NCBI RefSeq assembly: GCF_021028975.2
Contig: NC_059430.1
Coordinates: forward strand, 61,256,001-61,320,000
Source: Sphaerodactylus townsendi
Lineage: Eukaryota
Length of the DNA stretch: 64,000 bases
Reading direction: 5' to 3'
Under the pieces are notes generated by a model. It was not told the origin of the DNA and made no database searches. It saw nothing but the letters and a program-made list of their open reading frames with translations. The position numbers and the translations under genes are program-made. This document shows positions 12,113 to 24,196 of this stretch, in pieces (position 1 is the first letter of the stretch; every line of letters starts with the position of its first letter).

Positions 12113-13749
12113 GTAAACATCAGTCTTCAATTATTTATTTCGTAACTGCTAATTAAATTATTAGGCAGTATATTTGACTTTCATATTTTGCATGTATGTC
12201 AAAATCTTTTCCTTTTAAAAGTTAAATATAGCTGTAAAGCTTTAAACTAAAATCCCTCTAAACGGGGAAAAATACAGGAAGTTATTTCTTTCGTATAAAA
12301 CATTAACAGATATGTATTTTTAAAAAGCACATGCCATATTCCTGCACCATATGCACAACTCCTGTATGCTGCTCAGTACAAGCTACAGTTCCAAAATGTG
12401 CTTCTTATGCTACTTCGTGACTAGAAAAAGGCCTCATGGGAGTTGAGGCTAGAGTATGCTTTGTCATACTTAATTATTGGCTCAGACTATTTTTCTCCCA
12501 CTTGGTCCTGTCCCATTGCTTATGATTGATGATTTTCAATCTACATGGAAGTAGGCAGCAGTACCTAAAATCTTATCTCTGGGTTTTTCTTGACAACTTT
12601 TACTCAGCTCGGGCTATGGACAGGCCAAAGAAGTCATTAAACAGCATGTGGCAGACATAGAGCACCAATGGGATCTAGGCAAATCTCCAACCTTTATTGC
12701 TGGTGAATCCAATAGGTACTTTACCTCTTCTGTGATGTATTTAAATAATCTTGAAGTACCTAAATATCAAAGGGTTTTTATTCTGGCATGATGCCATGCC
12801 CTCCCCTCAGCTGACTTTGAAGGCCAATGCAGGCCAGTGCATAGAAACAGTAGAACATGTGTTTCTCCAGTCAGTACTATAAAAATATGAATACTAGATT
12901 CATTTTGACACTGCTGCATAGGTTTCCAGGTCACATAGATCAATTCTTTATTTTCCTGTTGCTTAAAGATACCAATACTGATATAACATACAGTGTTGTC
13001 AGGTTTTGTGCAGCAGCACTTGAAGTACCTTGTAGAATGATCTGTGCGATAAACCAGGCTTAATGAATACTAAGGCCATCTTACTAGAGTGCACCTGTGA
13101 TCTAATAGTTATAGTCTTTTATTTGCCAATTTTATTGTTCTCTTATGCCGTATTTCCGTTTAGTATTTATGCTCTTATCCCATCCCCTTTATGTTCTCAT
13201 ACCTTTTTGTGTTATCAGTTTTCTTTTACCAGTACATTCTTTTAGATATACGGTATATTTGCAGTTTTAATGTATTTTATACTTTTAATTGTATCGTATT
13301 AATCTTATGCTGTTGCATGACTGTCATAAAGATTGATAAATAAATCAGATAGTGACCAACTACTTTTAACACTGAGGTGGGAATGGACCTATAAAAATGG
13401 TTGCCTTCTGTATAGCATTTTGATGATGGCTTGCTGAAACAAATGTATATAATTTCCATCTACAGATTTCATTGTAAGTATGTAAGTGCAAATGTCTGTG
13501 CTTTTAAATGTGTGTTTTGTTTTTATAATACTTGCTTTAGCAGTTAAGCTTCCTTGGTGATAGGGCAGAAGGGAGAAATTCAAGTTTAGTAAATAAAATT
13601 AAAACAAAAGTAGCATTGGAGCAATGTGGTGATAGAAACTGCCTTTATAGAGATAAAGCAGATTTTGTGCTTTATGGTGAGAGCTGATTTTTGAACAGAC
13701 TGCTGTAATACACCTAAGCTTACTTGGTTCCTGCTCTCCACCTCCCCAG

Positions 13750-13825
13750 GTACAGGTTCAACCCACATCTGATGTTCAGCAATCATGGAGCTCCTCCTCG
13801 CAGACTTTTCACACGTTCCTTGTAG
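13750..13825 (+). CDS. GNS: GNS last coding exon (exon 14 equivalent), (G)YRFNPHLMFSNHGAPPRRLFTRSL*
   Basis: Pyrimidine tract plus ccccag acceptor; completes the phase-2 Gly codon; similar to the recalled human C-terminus YRFDPRLMFSN...; TAG at 13823-13825. Confidence 0.92.
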
Positions 13826-16800
13826 CAGCATCCACTAGCCCGTTTGTTCATTTCTTCCAAACCACTACAGCAGATCTGCCCAACTTATTCTGCCCACACT
13901 GTAAAGACTCTATCAGCTGGCTTTGTTGGGGAGAAAACAACTTCCAGCTGGTCACCATGTGCAATATATGTATATTACAGAAACGATAAATCTAGGCTGT
14001 TACAGAAGTTCAGTGTTAACTTGACATGAATCTGATTTATTGTTTGGTGTAAATGAGATTGTTTACTGCTTAAAAACTTACTGTGAGGGAAGGCGGTCGT
14101 GAGAGAACTGGATTGGGGCAGGGATAAAAAAGTGGCATTTGTTGCATAGCCAGAGATTACGATCTCTTTATAGATAGAACCACTACCTAATAAGCTTTTA
14201 AAGATAGTGTGATTCTTGGTGGTGTTTGTGCTTGAGACTGGAATAATCAAATTAACCAGGAAGGTTGCATCCAACTTCTCAACTGTCCAGTCTGAGCTGG
14301 AGTTACCAATAAGAACTTGTTTGCCTTGTGCTTTTTCATATTATCATCAATTCCATTTTCAAGTCAACTTTGTCAACCAATGAATGGACACTGTTCTCAT
14401 GGGCATCCCAGCATCCAGCATTTCCTGTTTTGTTCAGTAAAACAGGGATGATATGAATGCAAAACAGAAACTGTCATTCTTAAAAGTTGCAGATACTTTT
14501 TAATTTAGCACCATAAATAGAAAATGAGGTTTGAATCCTCTCTTTCCCAGAAGTTGTTTTGGGATCAAAAGTCATTTAGGTTAAGTCTGTGCTAAGAGCT
14601 CTTCATGGCAAAGAATTGCAGGTTGTATTGCTTTAGTGGCCAGGCTTTATGCTTGGGAAAGAAGTAATTGCTTGTCTGTCTTATAGTTTCAGCACTTTTT
14701 CAAAAGTTAGAAACTACTAATATTTTAATGCATTAGCCTTTTATTATGCTAAAAGTTTATATAGTAATGGATTAATGGTTAAGTGTATGTGTAACTTCTG
14801 GATATAACTTCTGCAATTAAGAATTTGTGTACCATCCTGAAGTTGCACTGCAGTAGAAACTCCTACTGGTAAACTTTTGCTAAATTGACTGCAGAGAGGT
14901 TTAGGGTCAACTGCTATTCACTTACAATAGTAGGAAACAGTGGAATAGTTTTTACCTAGAACATGTATTATCAATTATGTTCATTATCCAGAAACAGTAA
15001 AGGCTGAACTGATTTCTTATAATAGTGGCTTCTGTGTATGCTGTGCTTGGTCATCTATGAGAGGGGCTGAATCAATTGTGGGTCAGTGCAGAGAACAAGG
15101 AATAAGCTTTAGTTTTGGAAGAGGGGAGTTATACGAAGGTAGGTTTAAGCTGTAGCTTTTTGTACAGTGGGAGTTTAAAGCTGGTTCACATTGAGGCATA
15201 TAATACACATCTGTCTCAAAATACACATGGAGCATTTTTCCTTGAAATGTACTCTTCCAGCCTTACTTTCAAGATAAAAGCTTGTTAAATAAGTGAGATT
15301 AACAGATCATTTCTTTCTTGCAGTCTGTGGTAGTTGAACTCATGAGCTTGTCTCACTGAACATTTGAATCGGATCTTACAATTTGGTGAAGGTAGCTGAA
15401 TACAAGCTATGTGTTCATTGTTTCAGGTACAAAAAGTATTAATATCTCAAGAAGCTGACTTTTGAAAAAAAATTGTAAGAAATGAAAGGTAAATACTGAA
15501 AGTAAATGCCTTCTTTGAAACCTATATATGCCATTTAAAGAGGATCTTAGTCTGTATTCAGACATCATGCGATGAGTACTTCACCACTGGAATAGTATCA
15601 CAATTGAATCTTTGGAGAATCTTTGGTAGAAATGGAATTTTGGGATTTACTTATTGGTAACATGAAAACTAATCAAGATGAGTAACAGCAAATTGCATGT
15701 TTCTCATATGAAGCAGTTGCTAATAAAGATTAACTTATTAATTTATAGTCTGCTCAAGTTTTTGGAAGGAAACATTTGTAAACAGTAATGTTCCAAGCCA
15801 CAACTTTACCTACATCAGTTACCTTTGAAAATGGTAACTGATAGTGGATAGCCTTAAGACACAATGGACTCTTTCAACCATAGCTTCAAGTTGGCATTAT
15901 GATCTTGTGTGTGGTAATAATACTGGTTAATCATGTTCCCTTACCCTCTGTTGTACCAAAAAAAAAAGATCTGTATCCTTGATTTTCCATGTGGTCTTGC
16001 CCCATAGTTTTTAGTGATCTTGTTTTTTAAACAAGAAACCAAGCATATATTTCCACTAATATTTTCCTGTGTTTAGTTATACAGTAGCCCAAAATTAACT
16101 GCAGTGCATTTTATCTGCCTTCTCAGTGAGTGACTCGGCTACTACCATCTATGTAAAATCTTGAACATGGCATTTCATTACCGTCCATAATGGCAAAGAT
16201 ATAGTACAAAGTCAATATAAAACTCCAAAACCATGTGGTATGCATATTTGTTTCCATCCTTAATCTGGCTCCATTCTAAAAGGTCCATAACAACTGGAAA
16301 CCACTGTCTCTGTTGCACATGTATCACCCACTGTTCTAAACTTCTTTGGAATGATAATAACATTCTCTGTTGCTGATTTGGGTGAGGATCCATTCAACTG
16401 CTGTATGCTAAGAGACTTAAAGAATAGTCTTACATAAAATGTGGTTTTTCATCAGTCCAGTATTCAACTAATGTGGCAAGCAGAAATAGATACTACTTTA
16501 CCCTTGAGAAATAGTTGTGCTACATCATGACGAATAGCCCAGCAGTAATTCAGTTCTAAATTATACTCTGTAATGTACACAAAGCACTATAGAGCAGCAG
16601 AAACAAATAATCTTAGATAGCAAATAATCATAAACTAGAAAGTATGTTAAGCATTCCATTCACATAGCATGCCATTCTAAAGGTTTTTCTCAAAACTATT
16701 CAGGTGCAAAACCAAATGATCAAAGGTAAATTATTTTGGAAATCTGATGCTTTAAATTCATACACTATAGAATAAACAACCTCTGTACCTCTGATTTTTG

Positions 16801-19800
16801 ATCTTCCTGTGCTTGCAGAATCCTCCTTCGGCACTTTACGCCCTTCAGGACAAAATGCTAGTGAAAGTTTTAATGCTGCTTGAAGCCCTCTCTATTTTTC
16901 AAGTGTTCTCAAAAGAGAATAACACATCACAGGTCAGCTTTCTTGTTCACGAACCATAGAACTGTTTAGAAAGTATCCTTTGAAGGCTCCTGTATATTGT
17001 TGCACTTTTTAGTAATTAAGTTTTTGTACACAACAAATTGTGAATTAAAATTGAAGACAAATTGTTTGGCAGTTTATGACAATTACCAAGTGGGAGTTTT
17101 ATTCTGGCTGACACAGCTCTTTGATGCATAAAATATACTGACTTGGGTAAGGGAACTGATAAATACACAGCATGTTGAGTACCAGCTAGCACAGTAAAGT
17201 GGCACCACACTCAAACTCATTTCATAACCACTATGAAAACTGCATATGTAGTACATAGCTGGTCAATATCTGACATTCCTTCATGGAAGTCTTTACTCTC
17301 TTTAAAGCAATTTTATTTTTTTGTCTACCTACAATCATCAGTTTTATAGGAACTCTATGTAGTTTATGGTAGTGTACAAGTTTGAAAACACTATTTCATA
17401 GGCACAGGTTAGTTTCAGTATCTTTAAAAAGAATAGGCTTTCAAATATTCTTTGAAAATGTAGATTGCTACCAATTTAAGTGTTCTCAGCCGTCCATTCA
17501 CTTCTCAGAGTGAGGAGCCTACATTGCTTCCAGGGATGTATTGCTCCAGCTGACATATGGACAAGACTCACTAGGTTACATCCTTCTATTCAATGAGGAA
17601 AACTAAACAACCAGGTGACAGAACAGGTGTTTAAAAAATTTTTTTCCTGATGCTTATTGACTGAAGAGGTGGAAGGGGGAATTATTCTGGCTTCTGTCCA
17701 AGTAATGGTCTGTTTTCACATATTTTCAGCTGGTATTATGAGAAACATCCCTCACTGTTGAAAACAACTGGTGCTTAGAAAAAGTTGATGGGGTACGTGA
17801 AGATGTATTTGTTTCAAAATTAGCCTGTTCAGTTTTTGAGAGTGGAGAGGAGGAAAACAATGGTGAAAGTAAAACCTTACTTGAACTATGAAAGCAAACT
17901 GCCCATTTTGCCTTCAAAGCAGAAGAGTGCATATTCAGCCCTGGGTTCCCAAGGCCAAGCCTTTCCCTGATGCATTTACTAGCAACAAACTGCAAAATAC
18001 TGGATAATAGTGATTAATCATCCATAAACCCAGCTCTGAGCTGCTGGAGATGAAAATACGGATCGTATGCAGTGTACACACATAGCTTGATCTGCGTGAA
18101 ACCATTTCTGAATTCTCTTATAATTGTTATTAGATAAATAATTCAATACTAGAAACCAACACCATCTGTATCAACTTCAGCTTTAATGATGGAATTGCAA
18201 CTTACTGCTTCAATAACATCTTTGAGGGGAATCAAATCTTCCCCATAAAAAGAAAAGTTTTTCAAAATAATAAATAGTACAGTTTCTTTTAAAAAGAACA
18301 AAACCCTGAGGTTCAGTGTTCCCCATATTGTCTTCACCTCATTTATGCTTCATTTGGGCACCCCCCGAATAAACAATATATAGAATTTGCAATATATCTG
18401 TGATAGATCAATACTAAAACAGATCAATACTAAAACAATTTTTAAAAAATCTTTCATGTCATCACTGACCTATTCTTTTAAATTAAACAAAAGCTGAAGT
18501 AACCAGTGTTTATGCCATGTATTTTTAAAAAAATCTAATGTTTAAACAAATACTAAATCTTCTACTGAAACCTGTAGTGCACAAGACTCAAAAGATTTGG
18601 AGTAAAGAAACATGGAAGTTCAAGTAAAAATTAAGATTCACATACTTTAAAATTGCCCTTTCTGGACTCAAACAGTATTTAAATCTGAACAAAATATTTG
18701 ATATTTAATTGCAAACAGTGACCTTGTTGTACATACAATTAAATGAATCAGCGCCAGTTCTGATCTGTTCTCATATGCTGTATGTCAAAAAGCCCTAACA
18801 TGAAGAAACATGTTACCGAAAGCAATGTTTGAAATGCATGTTATCACAGGAAATGCCCAACGGTGTGCATATATTGAATGGAGGCACTCTGATGCCTACT
18901 TTATGCACAAGTGGGTGCAGTAAACAAAATGTAAGTGTAATGGCTTCCATAACCTAACCTGGCCTATAAGTGTGCCATACTACATGTACCCATTCTGACT
19001 TATCAAGAAACATCCCTGTACCACCGTACAATGCATTGCCACTATGTTCCTAATAAAATAAAGTCCCACACAAAGTATGACATGGGAAAGAAAAAATAGT
19101 TGATATTGAGAACGACCATTAGAATTAGGAACCTTGGTGTATGTCTTTTGGGAGAAGAGGCAGAAGCAGCTAAGATGAAAAATGAAGGCACAGTTCCCAA
19201 GAGAAATATCTTGATGTTCCATAAGACAACCACTAGGTGATGCCAGAGTAACAGACAAATTTAAAAAATACTGGCCAAGTGATTAGGAGGAAAATGATTA
19301 CTGCTCACGATTAAAAAAAATGTTTTCCAAATAATTTTTCCACATTGGCTGAAAATATAAGAGAGCTTAGAACAAGTTTCATACAGCTATATAGAAAGTC
19401 TGTATTGCACACCATATCTTTGGTTTCACTTAGTATATATACTTAAAAAATATTTCTGGTCAAAAACATCAAAGACAAAATTCTTTTCCTCCTCTATTTA
19501 CCTTGCACATGGTTGGGAATCATACAGATCCCTAGTCAGCTTCTGAACGTCTTATAGTTTTATCAGAAACCCTAAACCATAGATATCCTAGCCTGCTTAA
19601 GTTACAAAACATGAAAGGGTCTAACTCCAGCAGTCCCATCAGCAGAAGGCACTACCTCCAACAGTCTTTTCTGACGTTTCTGATTCCGTGAGGGGCAGAT
19701 GGACTGTGCTGATGAAAGGAAGGGTACAAAACTGTCCCTCCAACTTCTGTCTGTGGATTCTAAGTTCATGCAGATCAATTTTTCAAGAGTCAGAAAGGAC

Positions 19801-20819
19801 TGTTGGAAGGGAGAAGAACAAGGACATCACCTGTAATCCTCATGTTCATGGATCTCTAGATTCAACCCACTGATTTTCAAAAATAAGAGAAATGTTATAT
19901 GTGCCTAAGAACAATTCTACTGCACCTTCAGACATTCAATGAATTAAATTCTGAATTCTTTAGTGCTGATATTTTACTCATGAAAACCTCAGCCAAGCAT
20001 TTAGCAGATCATAAAGTTCAGAGCAGACTAGAACCAAAGCATGCCATGCATCACCCTTTAAAAAATAGCAATTCTGTTCATTTTCTGCATATGTAGTTCA
20101 GCTTCCACTATCATACGCTTAATCTCAAAAGCATTCCTGAATATATTAATTTTGATAACTCTAACAGCAAACCCCCCCAATTTCTTTTCAACACCAAAAC
20201 AGGCTTCCAGGATCACCTGTTTCTCTCTTCCATTTCTTCTTCTCTACCTCTTACCTTTTTTCCAACTTCCTCTCTAACTTCTTCAGTAAAATATTGCTTT
20301 AACAACTTCTTCACATATGACTCCTTTTTCAGAAATATATTGTTTTAACAACTTCACATATGATTCCTTGTATAAAAATTATTTCTTTACGAACTATAGA
20401 GTTCTATATCTGAAATAGCACTCTGATCAAAACTAATTGATTTAAAGTGAGGTAATTCAATTTACCACAACTTTCTTTTCAATAGCTACAAATGAACATT
20501 AAAACAAAGAATGTCTATTTCGTGGTGTCTGCTTTCAAAGACACATCACACAATCACAGTGATTACAAAAAAGCATGGGAAAGCTACAAAGCATACAAGA
20601 GAGATCTGCAAGTAATACATACTGCCACTTTTCTTTGTATCTACATTCAAGATGATAAGAAAGTGATTCTCAGGATCTCTCTGGAAACGTTCTCTCTTAG
20701 CCTCACAAAAAGATCATGTGTTTTAAAGAGGTATCCACCCTTGACGTGTGTATGATAGGTTTGGCATGTTACATAGTATTTGGTAATGCAATTTTTCCTG
20801 AGTTTTCTTTGGCCCCATT
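13826..20819. other. Convergent 3' UTR region of GNS (+) and RASSF3 (-)
   Basis: Lies between the two stop codons; AT-rich with no recognisable TEs; AATAAA on + at 15722 and 16771, on - (tttatt) at 14740, 17098 and 17312. Actual 3' ends cannot be determined from sequence alone. Confidence 0.7.
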
Positions 20820-20969
20820 TTAACCTGGCTGCCAAACCCCACCAAGGGCTTCTTCAAGTTTTTCTCTGTATGCTGCATAGCGCCTTTTTAAATTTTGTAA
20901 TTGTTCATCTTCTTCTCTGTCCAGTATACGCAAGAAGTTATGTAGTTCAGGAAGACTAAAGGCTTCCCA
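20820..20969 (-). CDS. RASSF3: RASSF3 exon 5, SARAH domain, WEAFSLPELHNFLRILDREEDEQLQNLKRRYAAYREKLEEALGGVWQPG*
   Basis: ctgcag acceptor on -, 150 nt, TAA stop; classic SARAH signature WEAFSLPEL.NFL.IL..EE; the C-terminus matches recalled RASSF3 better than RASSF1/5. Confidence 0.96.
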   Translation of the reverse strand, partial: WEAFSLPELHNFLRILDREEDEQLQNLKRRYAAYREKLEEALGGVWQPG

Positions 20970-21905
20970 CTGCAGGAAGAAGAGGGCAAAAAATGTTAAT
21001 GTAACTCACTACTAGTATTTCAGTTGCCATAATTAAACATCCAATAACTTTATGCCTAATAAAGGTTTACATCCAATAACAACCTGGAAGGTTTTTTCCT
21101 TTGTCATTCTCACCTTTATTCTGCATGCTACCTGATCATAGAAATGTGTACATCCAGTCCTTAGGACCCAGGTATCTATCACAAACAAGTTCAATTAAGT
21201 GAACAGATTTCAGTTCTGCCTTCTGATTTTACCTTGCACCATCATGGTGGCCTAGAACTTTTTTCAACTTTGTAAGTTCAACTTCATGAACTACCAGTTG
21301 CCAGGAGGAGGAGGGAAAGAACATGAGTGAAGTATTTATTAAACACTCGTTCTTCTCCTTCATTCACATAATTCCATCCATACCTTTGCCAGTAGTACAT
21401 ACTTTCCCTTAGAAGAAAATTAGTAACTGCTGACCATAAAAGTTCCACTGCACTACTGTGAACAATTAAAAATGGCTTGGGAGAGCATATAGTGCACATT
21501 TCTGTCAAGGCAGCTATACATAAAAACTAAGGATTCCATCCAGTTTGGATTTCGGCCGACCACCATAAGGTTCTCCAGCTGTATACCGTGGCCCTGAGGA
21601 TAGTAATCCTAGGAAACCTAAAGGTCTCTTCCAACTAGGGGGGTAGGTCCAGACAAACATTGCCCCAAGTACAAGAACAACTGCCCACAGAGCATAATTT
21701 TCCTACCACTTACTGCAGTTCCAAATTCTCCCTGAAATCCTGCACTTGGAGTAGAGGGGACCCCCAGCAACATGATTTTGTGGGGCATTTCAGGCTACTG
21801 TTAGAAGGAGGAAGCAGGAAAATTGTGCTCCATGGGTAAAAATCCTTGCATCTGTGAAAATGTTTAATTTAGATCCTGCACATTAGAAGCACAGGTACCG
21901 CTTAC

Positions 21906-22021
21906 CAGAACCTCTCCAGTTTCATGCTCACGTAGAACAAAACTAAGCATATCTGTTCTTGGGCCTGCCATCAATCGCAAATAAAGGGGATGTTCTGTTT
22001 CTGAGAGCTTGCACATGTAAA
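21906..22021 (-). CDS. RASSF3: RASSF3 exon 4, VYMCKLSETEHPLYLRLMAGPRTDMLSFVLREHETGEVL
   Basis: ctgcag acceptor and gtaagc donor on -; 116 nt; end of the RA domain (PLYLRL.AGP...LSFVL.E). Confidence 0.96.
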
Positions 22022-22204
22022 CTGCAGACAAGAAAAAATAATAAAATAACAATTAATTCTATACACCGTGATTTAAAATTAAATATGATAAAACACTGAT
22101 TGAGCATCACAGCTGTGTAACCCCCACAAAACCAAATTCCATTATACAGACCAAGTAGAATATATTTATTTTCTTTTTTGCTGTCTAGTTACAGCCAACT
22201 TAAG

Positions 22205-22335
22205 GAGTTTCAAGGCAAGTCTGTGCAGTCTGAGTAGCAACCCTGGATTTCATTGATTGTCTCCCATCCAAATACCAGCCAGTGCTGACCCTGTTTAACT
22301 TCTGAGATCTCATGTGAATTGGGCTACTTCAGGCT
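22205..22335 (-). mobile_element. Degenerate 5S rRNA-derived SINE
   Basis: gtctcccatccaaatacc...gaccctgtttaacttctgagatc is the reverse complement of the 5S rRNA internal region; similar to 57342-57540. Confidence 0.65.
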
Positions 22336-22796
22336 ACCCCAGTCTGGGGGTGCAATAATTGTTTCTATTAATAAAAAGCAAAGCATCTCTGAGCAAAAAC
22401 GAGCACACGCACACACAAACACCCTTTTTAAAAAAAAACAAGGAAAGCTATCAAATGAGGGGTGTGTGTGTTACATTTGATTCAGCACAGGAATTTTGCT
22501 TATTATCCTTGTATGAGCTCATAGACAGTCAAACCAATGATTCTGCAATAGTTGTAGCCTCCGTGCTCAAAATTATATCAAGCAGAAAAAAATAAGTTTT
22601 AAAATAGTTAATATACATGCTGGTGAACAGTCCAGTCTTTTCTAAAACTACTCCACTTTCAAGGGTCTCCCCTCCCTGCTCCTCTGCAGTTCACCTGTAT
22701 GTCAGCAACATGGTGATGTCCCATGAAACCTACCCTCTCCCCAGACAAATGATCACTCTTATTTATTACTAATATTCAAAAGATCAAAGAGCATAC

Positions 22797-23058
22797 CTTG
22801 ATCTTCCCTGTGACATTGTTTATAAAGCGCAAACTTAGCAGGATTATCAGCCACCAGAAACTTTTTGAGCAGAGCCTCGATAACTTCACGGACAGTGTTG
22901 GTGCTGCTAATGTGAAGAGTATTCATGCAGCCTTTAGGCAAGTAAAATGCCGTCTCATTGTTGATGTGCTTCCCTGGATTCAGAGAAGCCCGCACAGTGA
23001 TAGGCCTGCACAATTCCATTTGAACTTTGATAAAGCCAGTGTATACCCCATTGGAGTT
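22797..23058 (-). CDS. RASSF3: RASSF3 exon 3, RA domain, NSNGVYTGFIKVQMELCRPITV...FYLPKGCMNTLHISS...KFALYKQCHREDQ
   Basis: ttgtag acceptor and gtatgc donor on -; 262 nt, phase 0/1; YTGFIKVQ and LHISS.NTV.EVIEALL.KF motifs. Confidence 0.96.
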
Positions 23059-23580
23059 CTACAACAAAGCACATCATTTAATTTACTTAGAGACTTTTGT
23101 AATTGTAATAGTAAAAGATCACTTTCTTGGCAGCAAAATTTGTCTCAGTATTCTTATTCCTTCCATCCAAAAAATGAAGAACATGATTGTTTTGTACATC
23201 AGTGAGATTCTAAAGGAATAAAATGAAATTAAAAAGCACCATAGCAATATAATGCTTTCTTTTAAGGAGATAATGGCATGTATTAATCATACCATTCCAA
23301 TAGCATCATAGCGCTTCTTTGAAAGTGGGGATAGTGACTTCTGCTATTTCCCTACCCCTCTGTTGATTGGCGAGAAACAAAAATATAGGGGGCCCAATTA
23401 ACCATTGCAGGACAAGGACATGGTCAAATTCTGCTCTGCAAAGTCCATGGACAGTTGGATATATCCTATTATTATCCAATGATAATTATATGAAACAAGG
23501 GGTTAGCATGGAAACCCAGTTTATGTATATTTAGATGTTGTCAGTGTATTTGACAGGTTACATAGTAACAATAGATGGTA

Positions 23581-23850
23581 CTGGCTGTTGTGTTTTTTTC
23601 ATGCTGTGTGGCTGTAGTCTGGTAGCTTTTGTTCCTGACATTTCACCAGCATCTATGGTTGGCATCTTTAGAGGCTTGTCACAGAAGATGTGTTTCTCTT
23701 CGTGGCATCTTACCATGACATGCCTCTGACGATGCCAGCTATGGATGCAGGTACAACATTAGAAATAAAAGCTAACAGACTGTGGCCACACAACCCAGAA
23801 AACCCATAACCAGCCAGTTGATTATGATCACAAAATCCTTCAACGATAAA
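23581..23850. mobile_element. Penelope-like element terminal repeats in inverted (fold-back) arrangement
   Basis: Left arm matches Penelope ends at 33592 and 58863; right arm is its reverse complement (ctggctgttg...taaccagccag). Confidence 0.75.
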
Positions 23851-24103
23851 CAGATGGTGTTACTAAATTTGGGAACGGAGAAATCACTATCATTTCACAA
23901 GCATTTGTTCACTTCAGGTCTATTATCAATGCTTTTAAAACCTCTGTGCTGAGTATCATCAGATTTTTAGCAAAGAAAATCATTGTTGAGAGAACACTTT
24001 GCAATGTATCTCTGTTTATGAGCTAATAATGATGTAATGATTCTACGGCCCCTCCACAGATCTTCTGTGATTATTAATTTTTTTAAAGTCCCACAATTCT
24101 TAC

Positions 24104-24196
24104 CAAGGTCATCTTTAGCTTGTCAGAAACATCTGAATTGTAAATTTGGACTTTTTCCTTTATTGCTTCTTTGGTTTCTTTTTCTTTCTGAACATC
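24104..24196 (-). CDS. RASSF3: RASSF3 exon 2, DVQKEKETKEAIKEKVQIYNSDVSDKLKMTL
   Basis: ttacag acceptor and gtaaga donor on -; 93 nt, phase 0/0; matches recalled RASSF3 DVEKEKET...IKEKV..YN..V.DKLKMTL. Confidence 0.93.

Noticed and set aside
13748-13756. Tandem acceptor (cag gta cag) that would drop two codons from the last GNS exon
   Set aside because: The upstream AG directly follows the pyrimidine tract and preserves the GYRF motif; no evidence the second AG is used.
22798-23205. 135-aa + strand ORF
   Set aside because: Antisense shadow of RASSF3 exon 3.
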